Of a DNA stretch of 64,000 nucleotides, positions 1 to 14,100 are shown in pieces (within the stretch, counting starts at the first letter, position 1; the number at the start of each line of letters is the position of its first letter). The translations under genes were made by a program, and so were the position numbers. The notes beneath the pieces were generated by a model. It saw only the letters and a program-made list of their open reading frames with translations. It had not been told where the DNA came from and made no database searches. The stretch is from Pseudovirgaria hyperparasitica (taxonomy: Eukaryota): assembly GCA_010093815.1 (NCBI GenBank), contig ML996587.1, one strand, 5' to 3'.

Positions 1-106
1 TAGTACACCTACTACTAGTAATAGTGCGATAGGAGCTTAAAATAACGACCTAGTAACTCGTAGAGAGATACTTAACTTCTTCGTAGTATTTGCGCGATAA
101 GGAAGG

Positions 107-3100
107 ATGGTACCTCTATCTACCCTAGCCCCCGAGCGCTTTAAAGGAATAAATATTCTAGCCTTCCTTCGGAAGTACGAGGACATATATATAAACTATA
201 AAGTTCCGCCTAATAAGAAGATAACCTCCCTACCGTTATACTACGAGGACCATCTCTATCCTACTATTAAAGGAATAAGTGGGTTTTAGAAATAGTAGTG
301 GGCCACGCTACGTAAAGAATTATTAAAGGAATTCTCTCTATTTAACTCCGCCCTCAAGGAAGGCACTATCTACTTTGTCCGAAAATACGTGGAAATGGTT
401 AAAGTAGACCCATTCTACTCTCTCTCTATATACTACTCCCGGTATCGTGTTATTACGGAGAAACTTACGGCTAAAGGAAGCCTAAGCTCGTATTCGCGAA
501 TAGAGCTCTTCCTAGAAGGGCTGCCTAATAGTCTTAAGGCTCGGGCTATAGAGAAATATTAACTTACGATGGAAGCATATAGTTATAACTAGGTAATTAT
601 CTATGGCTTCGTATTATAAAAGGCTAGAGCACTTAAGGAACTAGCTCGTATTAATAAGTACTTAGCCGCATAAGAGCTGGCCATAGCCATATACTATAAA
701 TTAAAGATAGGGAGTAAGAAGACTAGCTTAGAAGAGTAGTCATATAAAGAAAGAAGAACTAATGAATTTAGCCACCCCTCTCTAGTCGAAGTACACGTTA
801 CGCTAGAATCGGATAAGTTTAACGAGATGGTAGAGAGATTTAGTAAACTAGACCTCACGTTAATTAAGATAAAGTCCTACTTTACCTCTAATCCCTTATT
901 TCTATCCCTTAAGAAGTACGAACCTAAGCTACTTTTGGCTATTATTAACTAGTAGACGCGAAGGCTAAATCTTTTAACACACCCCTAAGTACGAGGCATA
1001 CCTATAGAACTAACGTAAGTTTATCCATAGAATTATATATAGAATAGAGAATACGTCTCTACCCGAGACTTCTAAGGAGGCGTTATAGCCTAGGATAGGC
1101 CTTAAAGACCGATCGTGTATATTACGTACGGAGGAGATTACCTAATATATAGATACCCGGAGATAGTAGAATATATTAGAGACGAATTACTAAATATTAA
1201 CGGGGTATAAGTATTCTAAGGGCGTTTCGGGGCGAACGGAGAAGAAATCCCATTACTACCCTCCTTAGTAGGGCTATAAGCTACTCTATAAGCTATCCGG
1301 AACTACGTAGTAACGGTTTAAAACGGCCTAAGCTAGTACGGAAGGGGAGTAAAGGTTTCCACGTCTATAGTAAATATTAACGCTTTATAGGGAGTACTAG
1401 TATATAGTATTAGTATAAAACCTACGAAGGGTCCCTACTAGGCCTCGGCGGATAGCAATTCGGAAGAAGAAGTTACGTCGCCCGAGAGTAAGAAAGATAG
1501 ATATATAGAATTCTACGAACGCTTCGACGTAGCTAGTAATAGATATATCCGCGAGGAGATAGCCCTAGAAGAGCCCGCTATACTCGTAATATCTAGAAGG
1601 GGGATCACGAAGAGTACACCTAATTATACTAAGGAAAGAAAGATTACCTATCTCCGCGGAATGCGTAAAGGGTAGTATATAAGGATTATCGAGGAATAGG
1701 AGGACGGTAAAAAGAGTAGTAACTAGGGAACGTCTAAATAAGAGCTAACGGCGCCTAAGAATAAGATAGATAAAGGGGATAGCCTAAATCCTAGTTAAAA
1801 GGCACGTATCCGAGACGTTAAGCTTAATAACTATCTACGCGAGGGATAGTGGCTAAGTATAGAAGCTAGCGAAGCATAGCTAGTGCGCGTTCTAGGGATA
1901 ACTATAAATATTACCATTAGTAAACTATTAAGCCTTAATAGCGACTTACGTCGTGCGGTATTCGAGAAGGGCGCCCCCGACTTTATAGCTAGAGAGGTCC
2001 ATAAGACTTAAGAGGAGAAAGCCGAGAAGAAAGGAAGAAACGACTATACTATAGCTCCCGAGATAAATAAACTTAATATATTAGTACCCCTCTATACTAT
2101 AGGGACGGCCATCACGTAACGAGATATTAATTAGCTTAAGGAAGGGATAGTAAGGCTAGTGGCCGAGTGTCTAAGGTACCCCGTAGAAGTTAGTCCTAAA
2201 AGAGTAACTAGTATAGTACTATTCGATAGTAGCGCGTAGATAAATAGTATTCGACTAGATGCTACGAGGCGTCTCGGGCTAGTAATATCTTCGCTTCTAC
2301 TATATATAAAGAACTCGAGTTTAGTTAGCGCTACTTAGTATAGTACTCTATTCGTGGGAATAGTATAGTAATACCCTATCCGTATAGATCGGATTATTAC
2401 GGCTACTTCGATATTTATATATAGCGAACTTAATTATAACCTTATTCTAGGGGAGCTATATACTAGGTAGGCCTTACTTACGGTATAGAGGTTAGCCTCT
2501 AGATAAGTACTCTTAATAGTCTACTCCGTATATAGATAAGAACGTATAACCTTTAAAACTAGTCCGGATAAGTATATTCTAGTCTTAGAGAAGGAGGGTA
2601 ACTCCGTGGCTAGAGACTAACTATATAGTAGAGTATATCGCTAGAAGCCGGAGTTAAGCCGGATTATTAGTTAAGGGCTACCCTTAACTAATAATCCGCA
2701 CTAAATAGGGTCTAGTAAACCCACTAACGAAGGGGATAGGATATATTTTTATATAGATATAGAAATAAGTTATATAGAGTTGCTTTCCGAGAAAATCCGG
2801 CCTAAAAATATTACTCGGTTATTAAGAAAAGATAACTTAGCCGCCCTAGTTACGGCGGCGAGGTACGCTACCTTCGTATATAAATAAGGCACGATAATAG
2901 AACGGCTTATAGTAGGCTCCACCGGCCTCTAAAGACGGTATTCTTCCGGGGTATTAAAGGGATTTAGTATAGCTACCATATATAAAAGAAAGGGAGTTAA
3001 AGTATACCCCGTGGATGACTCCGAAGCCTACCGAAAGGTCTCTAGGAATCTATTAGGGTATCTAGACTAGCGTGAACGAGTAATCGCACGGTAGGTACTT

Positions 3101-6100
3101 CTTCCGGCCGTCCACCTAGGCCTTAACGCGCTTAGTAGACTAATAGAGCCTTAAAGGGTAACTATCCCGCTAGGAACACGTCTAACGCCTCTACGTATAA
3201 GTTAGCTAAAGATTAGAATAGAGCTACGTCCCGCGGAACTTAAGTTACTATATATAATCTTATTATATCGCGAGGAAGCACTAGCATAGGAATTCTTATA
3301 CCTTAGTAAATTTCATAAAGAGGTGGCACCTCCGTAGGAGATCCGAACGGTAGAATATAAGGTATAGTAGGCCAAGAACTTTAATATTCCTAGAGCCCTT
3401 TATAGGAAGGTACTCATAATCCTAAAAGAGCGTCTTAATAGCGGAAGGCTCGAGCCCTATAGTAGTCCTTATTAAAATGCCTATTTTCTCGTAGAAAAGA
3501 AGAAGGAAGCTAATAAGGAACAAGATTATAGGTTAATTAATTCGGCGATAGAAATCAACCGAGTCACCATTCGTAATGCGGCCACGCCGCCCTTATATAA
3601 AGAATTCTCGGAGTACTTCACGGGGATAGCCGTCTTAACGTTTACCGACTTCTTCTTAGAATATAATTAGATTCTATTAGTAGAGTATTACCGAGACTTA
3701 ACGGGGTTTATAACGCCTCTAGGGTTACTACACGGAATAATATTACCTTAAGGGGCCACTAATTTAGTAGCTTAGTTCGTTAGAATTATATTAACTATTA
3801 TATAAGAATACATCCCGGAGAGGGCTCTGCCATTCCTAGATAACTTAGGTATTAAAGAACCTACGACGAAATATAACTCTAAGGAAGCCCTACCTAGAAT
3901 TTATAGGTATATCCTAGAACATTTAATTAACGTAGATAAGGTTCTCGCGGATATAGAGCGCGCTAGATACGCCCTAAGTAGTAAGAAGACTTAGTAGTAT
4001 ATTAAAGCCGCTAACGTTATAGGATACGTCTACGGCATTAAAGGGAGGCGACCGAGTAATAAAAAGGTTACTACTATTAGGGACTGGAAACCCTGCAAAA
4101 ACACGATAAATATGCGAGCCTTCCTTAGCGTTTATATATATTTCCAGATATAGATCCCCGGGTACACTATTATCACATCACCACTATTTATACTATTAAA
4201 GAATAAATCGGCCTAGTAGTAGATAGCTAAGGAGTAGACCTCGATAGACGCGCTAAAGATAGCTCTAACTACTACTCCCGTACTAATAACATTATAGTAC
4301 GGGATAGGTACGGGAGATATAATTCTAGTAGTAGACTCTAGTAACGTTAGGTAGGGGGCTACGTTAATATAGGAGAACGAGAATTATAAACGTTAGCTAT
4401 CGCGGTATAATAGAGGAATGTAGTTAAAAGCTAAGAGAAACTACGATACCGTGAAACTAGAGTACCGAGCCCTCCTCTACGCGTTATAGAAGTTCCGGTA
4501 ATACCTCTATAGCACGTACTTTATTATAGAAATAGACGCGAATACTCTAGTCGCTTAAATTAACTATACCGTAACTAACTTACTAGGGGCGCTTATTACT
4601 AGGTGGCTCGCGTGGATTTAGCTATAGAACTTTATAGTTAGATATATACCTAGGAAGCGTAACGTAGTCGCCGACGGTATCTTACGGATATATAAAGGAG
4701 AAGAACTACTAGACGTCCCTACCTTTAACCTAGACGAGTTCGTGGACATGGCTCTATATATAGATATACTAGAGACGTCGTTAATTAAGCCTATTAGCGG
4801 GAGAGATTACACGATAGGGATACTCGACTATACTACCATTAAGTCTCCCTCAATAGATAAATATAGCGATAAATAGTAGAGGATTATAAAGTACCTTACT
4901 ATACTTAAGAGGCTAACCGACCTAACCGACCGAGCGTATAAGGCCTTTATAACCGACTACCTAAAGTTCCTTATACGTGACTAAATACTCTAGTAGAGAG
5001 GAGATAGGCATCGCTAATACACACAAGTAATTAAGGATCCGAATACTAGGGCGTGTATAATTACTACCACTCACGACGAGATAGATTATAGAGGTAGTAA
5101 AGGGACCCTTAGAAGAATTAAGGATAAGTATTAGTAGATAGGTATATATAGAGACGTGCGATAGCACGTGAAAACCTATAATAAATATTAACGACGAAGT
5201 AAGCTCCTCGGAGGTCTTAATAAAGGGCTCTACCATATTATAACGCCTGTTCTTTAGTAAAGAATGCACTTAGACGTAACGATACTACTACCTTCTATAG
5301 GGTATAGTAAAGTGGTATCTATATAAGAATAGCTAAGCGGATAGACTAAGGCGGAGGTATATACGGTAGCTACGTCTATAGTCGTCGTAAAGTTTCTCTT
5401 TAAGAACGTGATCTATAGATACGGAATTATTCCTAAAATTACCTATAACGGTGGTAGAGAAAATATAGGTGCTATAGAGGAGCTCCTCCGACTCTATAGA
5501 ATTTATTAGAAGGTTACGTCTACGTATAATCCCTAAGTAAATAGAATTATTAAGAGAAGTTTTATACTACTCGCTAATGCTCTCGCGAAGATAACTAATA
5601 GCGGATTTAAGAACTGGCCCGACCACCTCTATACGGTCGTCTAGGTAGATAGAATAATAATACGTACTAGTATAGGGTATAGTACCGTATACCTCGTGCT
5701 CGGCTATAAACTAATCATGCCTATCGAAGTCGAATTCGAGTCGCTCCGAATACTCCCTTAGGATAAGGTGCGATCGACGTCCGACTTACTTACTCTTTAA
5801 GCTAGATAACTTAAGAGAAGATCCGAGGATCTTAAGGAGACCTATATCTACGCGATACGAACGCGTGAGGAATCGAGAGAGGCATAGAATAACGACTATT
5901 ACCTTCGTTAAGAGTCGTTACTAGTTAATATAATTATCCTCCTATACGACTTATAGTAATAGAAGGATATAGGGCGGAAGCTAAGGTAGTATTAGAGGGG
6001 ACCATATAGAATCTAGTCCGTGTTTAATTATACTTATAAGCTCGCGGAGCTTAATAGAGCTATACTTAGAGGGACGTTTCCTAGCCATAGGTTAAAGAAA

Positions 6101-6330
6101 TATTTCATAAGAAATGCGAGTAATGAGAGTTATAATAAGCCCTCGCGACTACTAATTAGAAGAATTACCGAGGAAAATAAGGAGAGTAGCGATAAGGAAA
6201 ACTATTATAAATAACTTACGGAATACCTTAACGACGCTACATGAACCCGGGTAGAAGTGGTAATTTCTACTCCGTAAGACTTTAATAGAGAGGAATATTT
6301 ACGTTTCCCTAGAATTAATATCTCCTTCTA
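107..6330 (+). pseudogene. RIP-inactivated single-frame gag-pol of A1
   Basis: gag fragment (ORF 107..289, PERFKGINI..FLRKYE), protease (2216) and RT (3833) motifs fall in the same frame; many TAA/TAG stops. Ends approximate; the frame may start left of 107. Confidence 0.85.
2660..2698. repeat. Perfect 39-bp palindrome (18-bp arms, 3-bp spacer) containing the shared 31-bp core, inside gag-pol between protease and RT
   Basis: CGGATTATTAGTTAAGGG-CTA-CCCTTAACTAATAATCCG read directly; counterpart in A2 at 15125-15155. Confidence 0.97.
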
Positions 6331-6661
6331 GGGGATAGAAGTTTTTTTAAGGAGAGAAGGGATACTTATAAAAGTAGTCTTATAACGATAAACTCTATTA
6401 TCGAAAGAGAATAATAAACCCTATTATTACTATAAAATAATAAAACTTATTATTAAAGTAAGTAATACTTAAAAGAAGACATAATGGCGTTTACGCGAAT
6501 TCTACCTACTATATATTAAAGCCGGTCGTGTAATCGAAGCCTACCTATCGAAGGCCTATTTCGTTACTATAGAACGGGCCCTATTAGAAACTAATAAGGA
6601 AGAAAAGAAGAAGGAGGTATAGGAGAAAAAGATACTTATAGGAAGTCTTATAAGGATAAGA

Positions 6662-6762
6662 ATATACCTAGTATCTATTTATTTATAGATTCCGCTATAT
6701 ACCTAGTAGATATATTTATTTATAGATTTCCTATATACCTAGTATATATTTATTTATAGATT
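6662..6762 (+). repeat. Three imperfect ~34-bp tandem units between pol and the extra ORF of family A
   Basis: ATATACCTAGTA..TATTTATTTATAGATT repeated three times; mirrored in A2 at ~10952-11052. Confidence 0.75.
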
Positions 6763-6984
6763 TAACACGTATACGGGCCTACGGCCGTTAGTAAGGATTA
6801 TTTATAAAAATTACTATATACCCGGCATTCGAGGAGACATAAAAAGAGAACTTAAGATAGTATATAACTCTTCCCTCTTATACCTCTCTATACCTCCTTA
6901 ATTAATAAAACCTCCTCCTCTACTTCCGCCTCGCTTAACTATCTCTTCTTAGAACGTAACTTGCTAATAGAACCGATAATAATA

Positions 6985-9966
6985 ATAGCCCCGCCGAAAA
7001 AGAAAACGCCTACCTATAAAGAGTTATAAGATCGTTAAGTACTAATAAGATAGATACGGTTCTAGTTAAGAGTCATGAGTACTAAAGTAGGGCTATTAAC
7101 GGCTATCGTGGTATTAAGGCCATCTACTACTCTATACGGATAGGCTATAGAAGCTACGGAAGTAAATAAGTCTACTATTAACCGAATTATCGCTATCTAG
7201 GACCCGTAAGAGCGATAGGACTACATTCTAGACACGTTTAATAATCTCCTTTATATTACTAGCCTCGTAGAATAGCTCTTAAGTAGTATAGTTAACCTCT
7301 TCTAGGAAGTAGGAGCCGTAATAGGGTATAGTAAGGCAAAGATTAACTCCTCTATTCCGAAAGAAGTCCATGAGATAATTTATCGTGGAAGAGATACTAA
7401 CTCCCGCATCCTAAAAGCTAAAAATATAATTCTATAAAACTAGCGAAAAGACCTCCCTAATAATAACGGCTAGTTACTCTAATCCGCCCTCGGATAGCTC
7501 TAGTAAATATAGAACTTTATAGAAAAGCTAGTAGCGCTCTTATGAGTGCGGACATGGGCGAGAGCGAGGAACTAGTTAAACGTATCCCTATAGTTCTAAA
7601 TCGGCTAGGGATAGAAGAGAAGAGGAATTAAGGTATATCTTTAGAGCTCTAATATCGATACCGCCCTAGCTAGTAATAGTAATAAGGACGGTCTATCTCT
7701 CTAGTAACTCTCGAACTACCCTAGCCGATAAAATAAACTAACGTTCTATAATAAGACGGGACTTATTATCCCCGCTAGTTAATAGTTACGGATAAGTAGA
7801 ATAGTTTATAGGCCCGTCGAATACTACCTATAAATCAAAGAGATAAGTATATCGCCTCCGCCTTAGACCTTACCGTCGCTAAAACTAGCGTAGATAATAT
7901 CTATGGTAAAGTCCCCTCCACGAAGTACACCTTCTAGTTTAGTAGTACGTCGTCTCTTTAAAGCTAGTCGTCCGTTTAAAGTAAGTATTCCTCCTACTAC
8001 TACTAGTAAACGTCCCTTACCGGGCTATACGAGAACCTCTTTAGTGCCCGTTACGGCCACGCCGACAAAACCTACTCGCGGACGTGCCTTATCTACTAGC
8101 CCTTAGTAATTACTAGGGGCGCCTACACGATAATCCCTAGTTATTCTTAGTTCGCACCCTAAGACGATAGTATTAGTCGAGGAAGAGGACGAGCCTAAGA
8201 AGTATTAATACGCGCCTTTAGTAACGAAGACTTTTAAGGTAGCTATATTATTAAAGAAGAATTTCACGAGTATTAAGGGAATGGCCCTACTAGTGCGCTA
8301 GAAAGCATAGATAGGTAACATAGCTATTCCGTATAAAGTCTACTATAAGTATTACTAAGACGTGGCTAGAAAGAATAATATACTCGTTAGCGTGTTCTAC
8401 TTAAACCTAGTAGCGAGACTTAAAATAGTATATAAGTTTAGAGATAACGTAGGGGCCCTTAAAGTTTATAAGGACCGCTATACCTAGTTCGCGAAGTACG
8501 CGTGGCCACCTTATCCGATAGAGGCATTAGATATCTATCGTTACTAGGCCCTAGAGACCCCGAAGCAAGTTATTAATATTAAAACTATCCTTACTAGTAT
8601 TATATTTATAATTTAGAAGGAGGATAGTAGGATAGGTAGATAACTCTTCGACGAGTAGGAACGTACCGGAAGTATTAATATTAAAGGGCTCTTCGAGCTA
8701 CTTAAAAAGACGACCTCTATACTTAATAAGAGTATTCTAGAACTCGCGAGGGATGAATTTAATATATATAAGTACCACCAGCGCATGTTTAATAAGAAAT
8801 CGAACTACGGCTAGCTACGAACTATATACCACTCCTATATCTAATAGTTTATTAGGCAATGCCTACTTTACTAGCTCACCTATATCGCTCTTCGGCCCAA
8901 TCTTAACCACTATCTAATCTCATACCCGTACTATACGAAGTCCTAGGATAGGGGCGATAAGACGGGTTTTAAGTATCTCGATAACGCTATTAATCGAATC
9001 CTCGATCCTAGCGATAGATATAGGTTTAATATAATCTAGGGGAGTATTAGTCTCGATGACGAACGAAGTAACGACTATACTATAATCGTTCTCTACTTCT
9101 ATAAGTTCTTAAATAAATAGTAGTCGAAGGCTAAGCTCCGTGAGGGGGTCAATCGAAATAGTATAATTACGGCTATTAACGATAAGATCTATAATACGGA
9201 CGATAGGAAACGATTTAGTCCCTTCGTTCCGGTCCCCTACTAGTCCCTTAAAATGCGCATCTCTAGCCTACTAATAATACACGGCGCCTAGGGTCCCGTA
9301 AAGGGTGGAAGACATATAATACTTCCATAGTATATCGCGATTAGCCCTAATCATATAATAATAGAAGTATCTAAAATAGGCACATGGGAATAACTCGCAG
9401 TAGCTTATAGGAATTTAACTCCGGGACCCACGTCTCCATCGGGATTTTCTAATAAATATAGCGCGATTCCTTTTACCTTCCTAGCCGTAGTTTAACTCCC
9501 GAGTTTTAACGCCGTTAGTAACGCATTAGTCGGCCGTAAAAGATAGGATAGCTAGAAGGTAAAAGAAGAGATAGCTACGTAGCTTAACGTAAGTCCTTAA
9601 TAACTTAAAGCTAAGGTAGACGCCTGGTTTAAGGAGGGCTCAAGGGTATTCATAGAGACCTTTAAGAAAATAGTAAGGTAGGAAAAGCTAGTCTATAGAG
9701 ATAGGTCGTTCTAGAAGGAATTTAATAAGGCGCGCGCCGCCAAGCGGCTAATTAATTTTAAGAAATTTAAGCCCGACGCGGGCCTAGATAACGTTAAAGA
9801 GAACTTCTACGGATAGAAGAGGCCTAACGAACTATCTAATAAGGAGGAATCTAACCTCTCTAAGATAAGCGACACGATTCTTTAGGAGCTAGCTCGCGAC
9901 CTTAAGTACTAAGATTAGGCGCCTAAAAGCCTACCTAATTATTAGTTAAGGGCTACCCTTCACTAA
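6985..9966 (+). pseudogene. RIP-inactivated extra ORF of family A: N-terminal helical region, Ser/Pro/Thr-rich linker, C-terminal PhyH-like 2OG-Fe(II) dioxygenase domain
   Basis: One frame from (M)APPKKKTP (6985) through ORF 7903..8106 to LISYPYYTK, TGFK[Y<H]LD (8974-8982), I*GSISLDDE (9034-9063), FVPVP, MRISS..HGA*GP (His 9280) and R(9310)..LP*Y. The true stop may be 9912 or 9966. Confidence 0.72.
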
Positions 9967-9969
9967 TAA
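9939..9969. repeat. Shared 31-bp palindrome at the end of the family A extra ORF
   Basis: TTATTAGTTAAGGG-CTA-CCCTTCACTAATAA (one mismatch). Confidence 0.95.
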
Positions 9970-10116
9970 TCTAGGCTAAGGTTTACCCGCGCCGAGAGGT
10001 TTACTAGGAGCGCATTTTATTCGTATTAAGGTCTTTCTTTTAGGCGTTCTTTACACGGTTTCTTATATAGTTACTATACTACTAAGGGTAGTAGTTCTAT
10101 AGGCCGGGGAGGTATA

Positions 10117-10489
10117 TATGGAAGGCCGCTCCTATAGCCCTATATATATATGTCCCTAGCTCGATTACATGGCTTTGTTATATATTTAAGGAGGGCGTTT
10201 TCCTCGGTCATTCTGCTCGGCACGCTTCCCCCATTACTAATATTCGACGATTCGACCTTTCCTTACGTTCATGGGCCTCTATAGGTATTGATTATTAGAC
10301 TTAGCTATTAAAGAATTAATTAAGAGTATTATATAGACCCGTCCTATTATAAAAGAGAACTAATAAGAAGTCGTCCGTTTAAAGAGAACTTATAATACCT
10401 AGAAGAGATACTTATGAGTTCGTCGCGACTACTATACTAAGAATATAGCCATTTATAAAAAGGGACACACGTGGCGATAGCTTACTATA
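10117..10489 (+). repeat. 3' LTR of A1 (373 bp)
   Basis: Reverse complement of 19325-19697, same length; TA...TA ends consistent with RIPped TG...CA; preceded by AGGCCGGGGAGG. Confidence 0.92.
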
Positions 10490-11129
10490 ATAGTCCCATC
10501 GCTCTTACGGGTCCTAGATGGCGATAATTCGGTTAATAGTAGACTTATTTACTTCTATAGCTTCTATAGCCTATCCGTACGGAGTAGTAGATAGCCTTAA
10601 TACTATAATAGCCGTCGATAGCCCTACTTTAGTACTCACGACTCTTAACTAGAACCGTGTCTATCTTATTAGTACTTAACGATCTTATAACTCTTTACGG
10701 GTAGGCGTTTTCTTTTTTGGCGGGGCTATTATTATTATCGGTTCTATCGGCGAGTTACGTTCTAAGGAGAGATAGTTAAGCAAGGCGGAAGTAGAGGAGG
10801 AGGTTTTATTAATTAAGGAGGTATAGAGAGGTATAAGAGGGAAGAGTTATATACTATCTTAAGTTCTCTTTTTATGCCTCCTCGAATGCCGGGTATATAG
10901 TAATTTTTATAAATGATCCTTACTAATGGCTATAGGCCCGTATACGTGTCGAATCTATGAATAAATATATACTAGGTATATAGAAAATCTATGAATAAAT
11001 ATGTCTACCGGGTATATGGCGGAATCTATAAATGAATAGATACTAGGTATATTCTTATCCTTATAAGACTTCCTATAAGTATCTTTTTCTCCTATACCTC
11101 CTTCTTCTTTTCTTCCTTATTAGTTTCTA

Positions 11130-11139
11130 NNNNNNNNNN
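11130..11139. other. Assembly gap (10 N) flanked by a ~95-bp direct duplication
   Basis: 11035-11129 is repeated at 11140-11234; the segment is single-copy in A1. Confidence 0.95.
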
Positions 11140-14100
11140 AATAGATACTAGGTATATTCTTATCCTTATAAGACTTCCTATAAGTATCTTTTTCTCCTAT
11201 ACCTCCTTCTTCTTTTCTTCCTTATTAGTTTCTAACAGGGCCCGTTCTATAGTAACGAAATAGGCCTTCAATAGGTAGGCTTCGATTACACGACCGGCTT
11301 TAATATATAGTAGATGGAATTCGCGTAAACGCCATTATGTCTTCTTTCGAGCATTACTTACTTTAATAATAAGTTTTATTATTTTATAGTAATAATAGGG
11401 TTTATCATCCTCTTTCGATAATAGAGTTTATCATTATAAGACTACTTTTATAAGTATCCCTTCCCTCCTTAAAAAAACTTCTATCCCCTAGAAGAAGATA
11501 TCAATTCTAGGGAAACGTAAATATTCCTCTCTATTAAAGTCTTACAGAGTAGAAATTACCACTTCTACCCGGGTTCATGTAGCGTCGTCAAGGTATTCCG
11601 TAAGTTATTTATAATAGTTTTCCTTATCACTACTCTCCTTATTTTCCTTAGTAATTCTTCTAATTAGTAGTCGCGAGGGCTCATCATAACTCTCATTACT
11701 CACATTTCTTATAAAATATTTCTTTAACCTATGGCTAGGAAACGTCCCTCTAAGTATAGCTCTATTAAGCTCCGCGAGCTTATAAGTATAATTAAACACG
11801 GACTAGATTCTATATAGCCCCCTCTAATGCTACCTTAGCTTCCGCTCTATATTCTTCTATTACTACGAGTCGTATAGGAGGATAATTATATTAACTAGTA
11901 ACGACTCTTAACGAAGGTAATGGTCGTTATTCTATGCCTCTCTCGATTCCTTATGCGTTCGTATCGCGTGGGTATAGGCCTCCTTAAGATCCTCGGATCT
12001 TCTCTTAAGTTATCTAGCTTAAAGAGCAAGTAAGTCAGACGTCGATCGCACCTCATCCTAAGGGAGTATTCAGAGCGACTCAAATTCGACTTCAATAGGC
12101 ATGATTAGTTTATAGCCGAGCACGAGATATACAGTACTATACCCTATACTAGCACGTATCATTATTCTATCTACCTAGACGACCGTATAGAGGTAGTCAG
12201 GCCAGTTCTTAAATCCGCCATTAGTTATCTTCGCGAGAGCATTAGCGAGTAGTATAAAACTTCTCTCAATAATTCTATTTACTCAGGGATTATACATAGA
12301 CATAACCTTCTAATAAATTCTATAGAGTCGGAGGAGCTCCTCTATGGCACCCATATTTTCTCTACTACTATTATAGGTGATTTTAGGAATAATTCCGTAT
12401 CTATAGATCACGTTCTTAAAGAGAAACTTTACGACAACTATAGACGTAGCCACCATATATACCTCCGCCTTAGTCTATCCACTTAGCTATTCTTATATAG
12501 ATACTACTTTACTATACCCTATAGAAGGTAGTAGTATCATTACATCTAAGTACATTCTTTACTAAAGAACAGGCGTTATAACATGGTAGAGCCCTTTATT
12601 AAGACCTCCGAGGAGCTTACTTCGTCGTTAATATTTATTATAGGTTTTTACGTGCTATCGCACGTCTCTACATATACCTATCTACTAATACTTATCCTTA
12701 ATCCTTCCAAGGGTCCCTTCACTACCTCTATAATCTATCTCGTCGTAAGTAGTAGTAATTATACACGCCCTAGTATTCGGATCCTTAATTACTCGTGTAT
12801 ATTAGCGATACCTATCTCCTCTCCACTAGAGTATTCAGTCACACACAAGGAACTTTAGGTAGTCGGTTATAAAGGCCTTATACACTCGGTCGGTTAGGTC
12901 GGTTAGTCTCTTAAGTATAGTAAGGTACTTTATAATCCTCTACCATTTATCACTATATTCATCTATTAAGGGAGACTTAATAGCAGTATAGTCGAGTATC
13001 CCTATCGTGTAATCTCTCCCGCTAATAGGCTTGATTAATAACGTCTCTAGTACGTCTATATATAGAGCCATATCCACGAACTCGTCTAGGTTAAAGGTAG
13101 GGACGTCTAGTGGTTCTTCTCCTTTATATATCCGTAAGATACCATCGGCGACTACGTTACGCTTCCTAGGTATATACCTAACTATAAAGTTCTATAGCTA
13201 AATCCACGCGAGCCACCTAGTAACAAGCGCCCCTAGTAAGTTAGTTACAGTACAGTTAATTTAAGCGACTAGAGTATTCACATCTATTTCTATAATAAAG
13301 TACATACTATAGAGGTATTACCGGAACTTCTATAACGCGTAGAGGAGGGCTCGGTACTCTAGTTTCACGGTATCGTAGTTTCTCTTAGCTTTTAACTACA
13401 TTCCTCTATTATACCGCGATAGCTAACGTTTATAATTCTCGTTCTCCTATATTAACGTAGCCCCCTACCTAACGTTACTAGAGTCTACTACTAGAATTAT
13501 ATCTCCCGTACCTATCCCGTACTATAATGTTATTAGTACGGGAGTAGTAGTTAGAGCTATCTTTAGCGCGTCTATCGAGGTCTACTCCTTAGCTATCTAC
13601 TACTAGGCCGATTTATTCTTTAATAGTATAAATAGTAGTGATGCGATAATAGCGTACCTAGGGATCCATATCCGGAAATATATATAAACGCCAAGGAAGG
13701 CTCGCACATTCGTCGTGTTTTTATAGGGTTTCTAGTCCCTAATAGTAGTAACCTTTTTATTACTCGGTCGTCTCCCTTTAATACCGTAGACGTATTCTAT
13801 AACGTTAGCGGCTTTAATATACCACTAAGTCTTCTTACTACTTAGGGCGTATCCAGCGCGCTCTATATCCGTGAGAACCTTATCCACGTTAATTAAATAT
13901 TCTAGAATATACCTACGAATTCTAGACAGGGCCTCCTTAGAGTTATATTTCGTCGTGGGTCCTTTAATGCCTAAGTCATCTAGGAATGGTAGAGCCCTCT
14001 CCGGGATATATTCTTATATAATAGTTAATATAATCCTAACGAACTAAGCTACTAAATTAGTAGCCCCTTAAGGTAATATTATCCCATATAGTAACTCTAG

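Larger units (their letters stand above)
1..10489 (+). mobile_element. Ty3/Gypsy LTR retrotransposon family A, copy A1 (5' LTR lies left of the window), no chromodomain seen
   Basis: Domain order PR (VLFDSSA*IN at 2216) - RT (LP*GATN ~3743, FLDN at 3833; FLDD preserved in copy A2) - RNase H (VVDSS ~4328) - integrase (~5050-6100), then an extra ORF, a purine-rich tract (~10101-10112) and a 373-bp LTR matching the 5' LTR of A2. Confidence 0.93.

Noticed and set aside
2664..2694. Palindrome as a loxP/FRT-type site or a MITE
   Set aside because: The spacer is only 3 bp, no recombinase or transposase is seen in the window, and no consistent TSD flanks the copies; kept as an unexplained motif instead.
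6985..9966. Extra ORF of family A as an env gene or a TET/JBP enzyme
   Set aside because: No signal peptide or transmembrane stretch was evident, and the motif spacing fits PhyH-like dioxygenases better; a TET/JBP assignment cannot be supported without a profile search.
11035..11234. 95-bp tandem duplication in A2
   Set aside because: The copies sit exactly on either side of the N gap and A1 has one copy; most likely an unmerged contig overlap.
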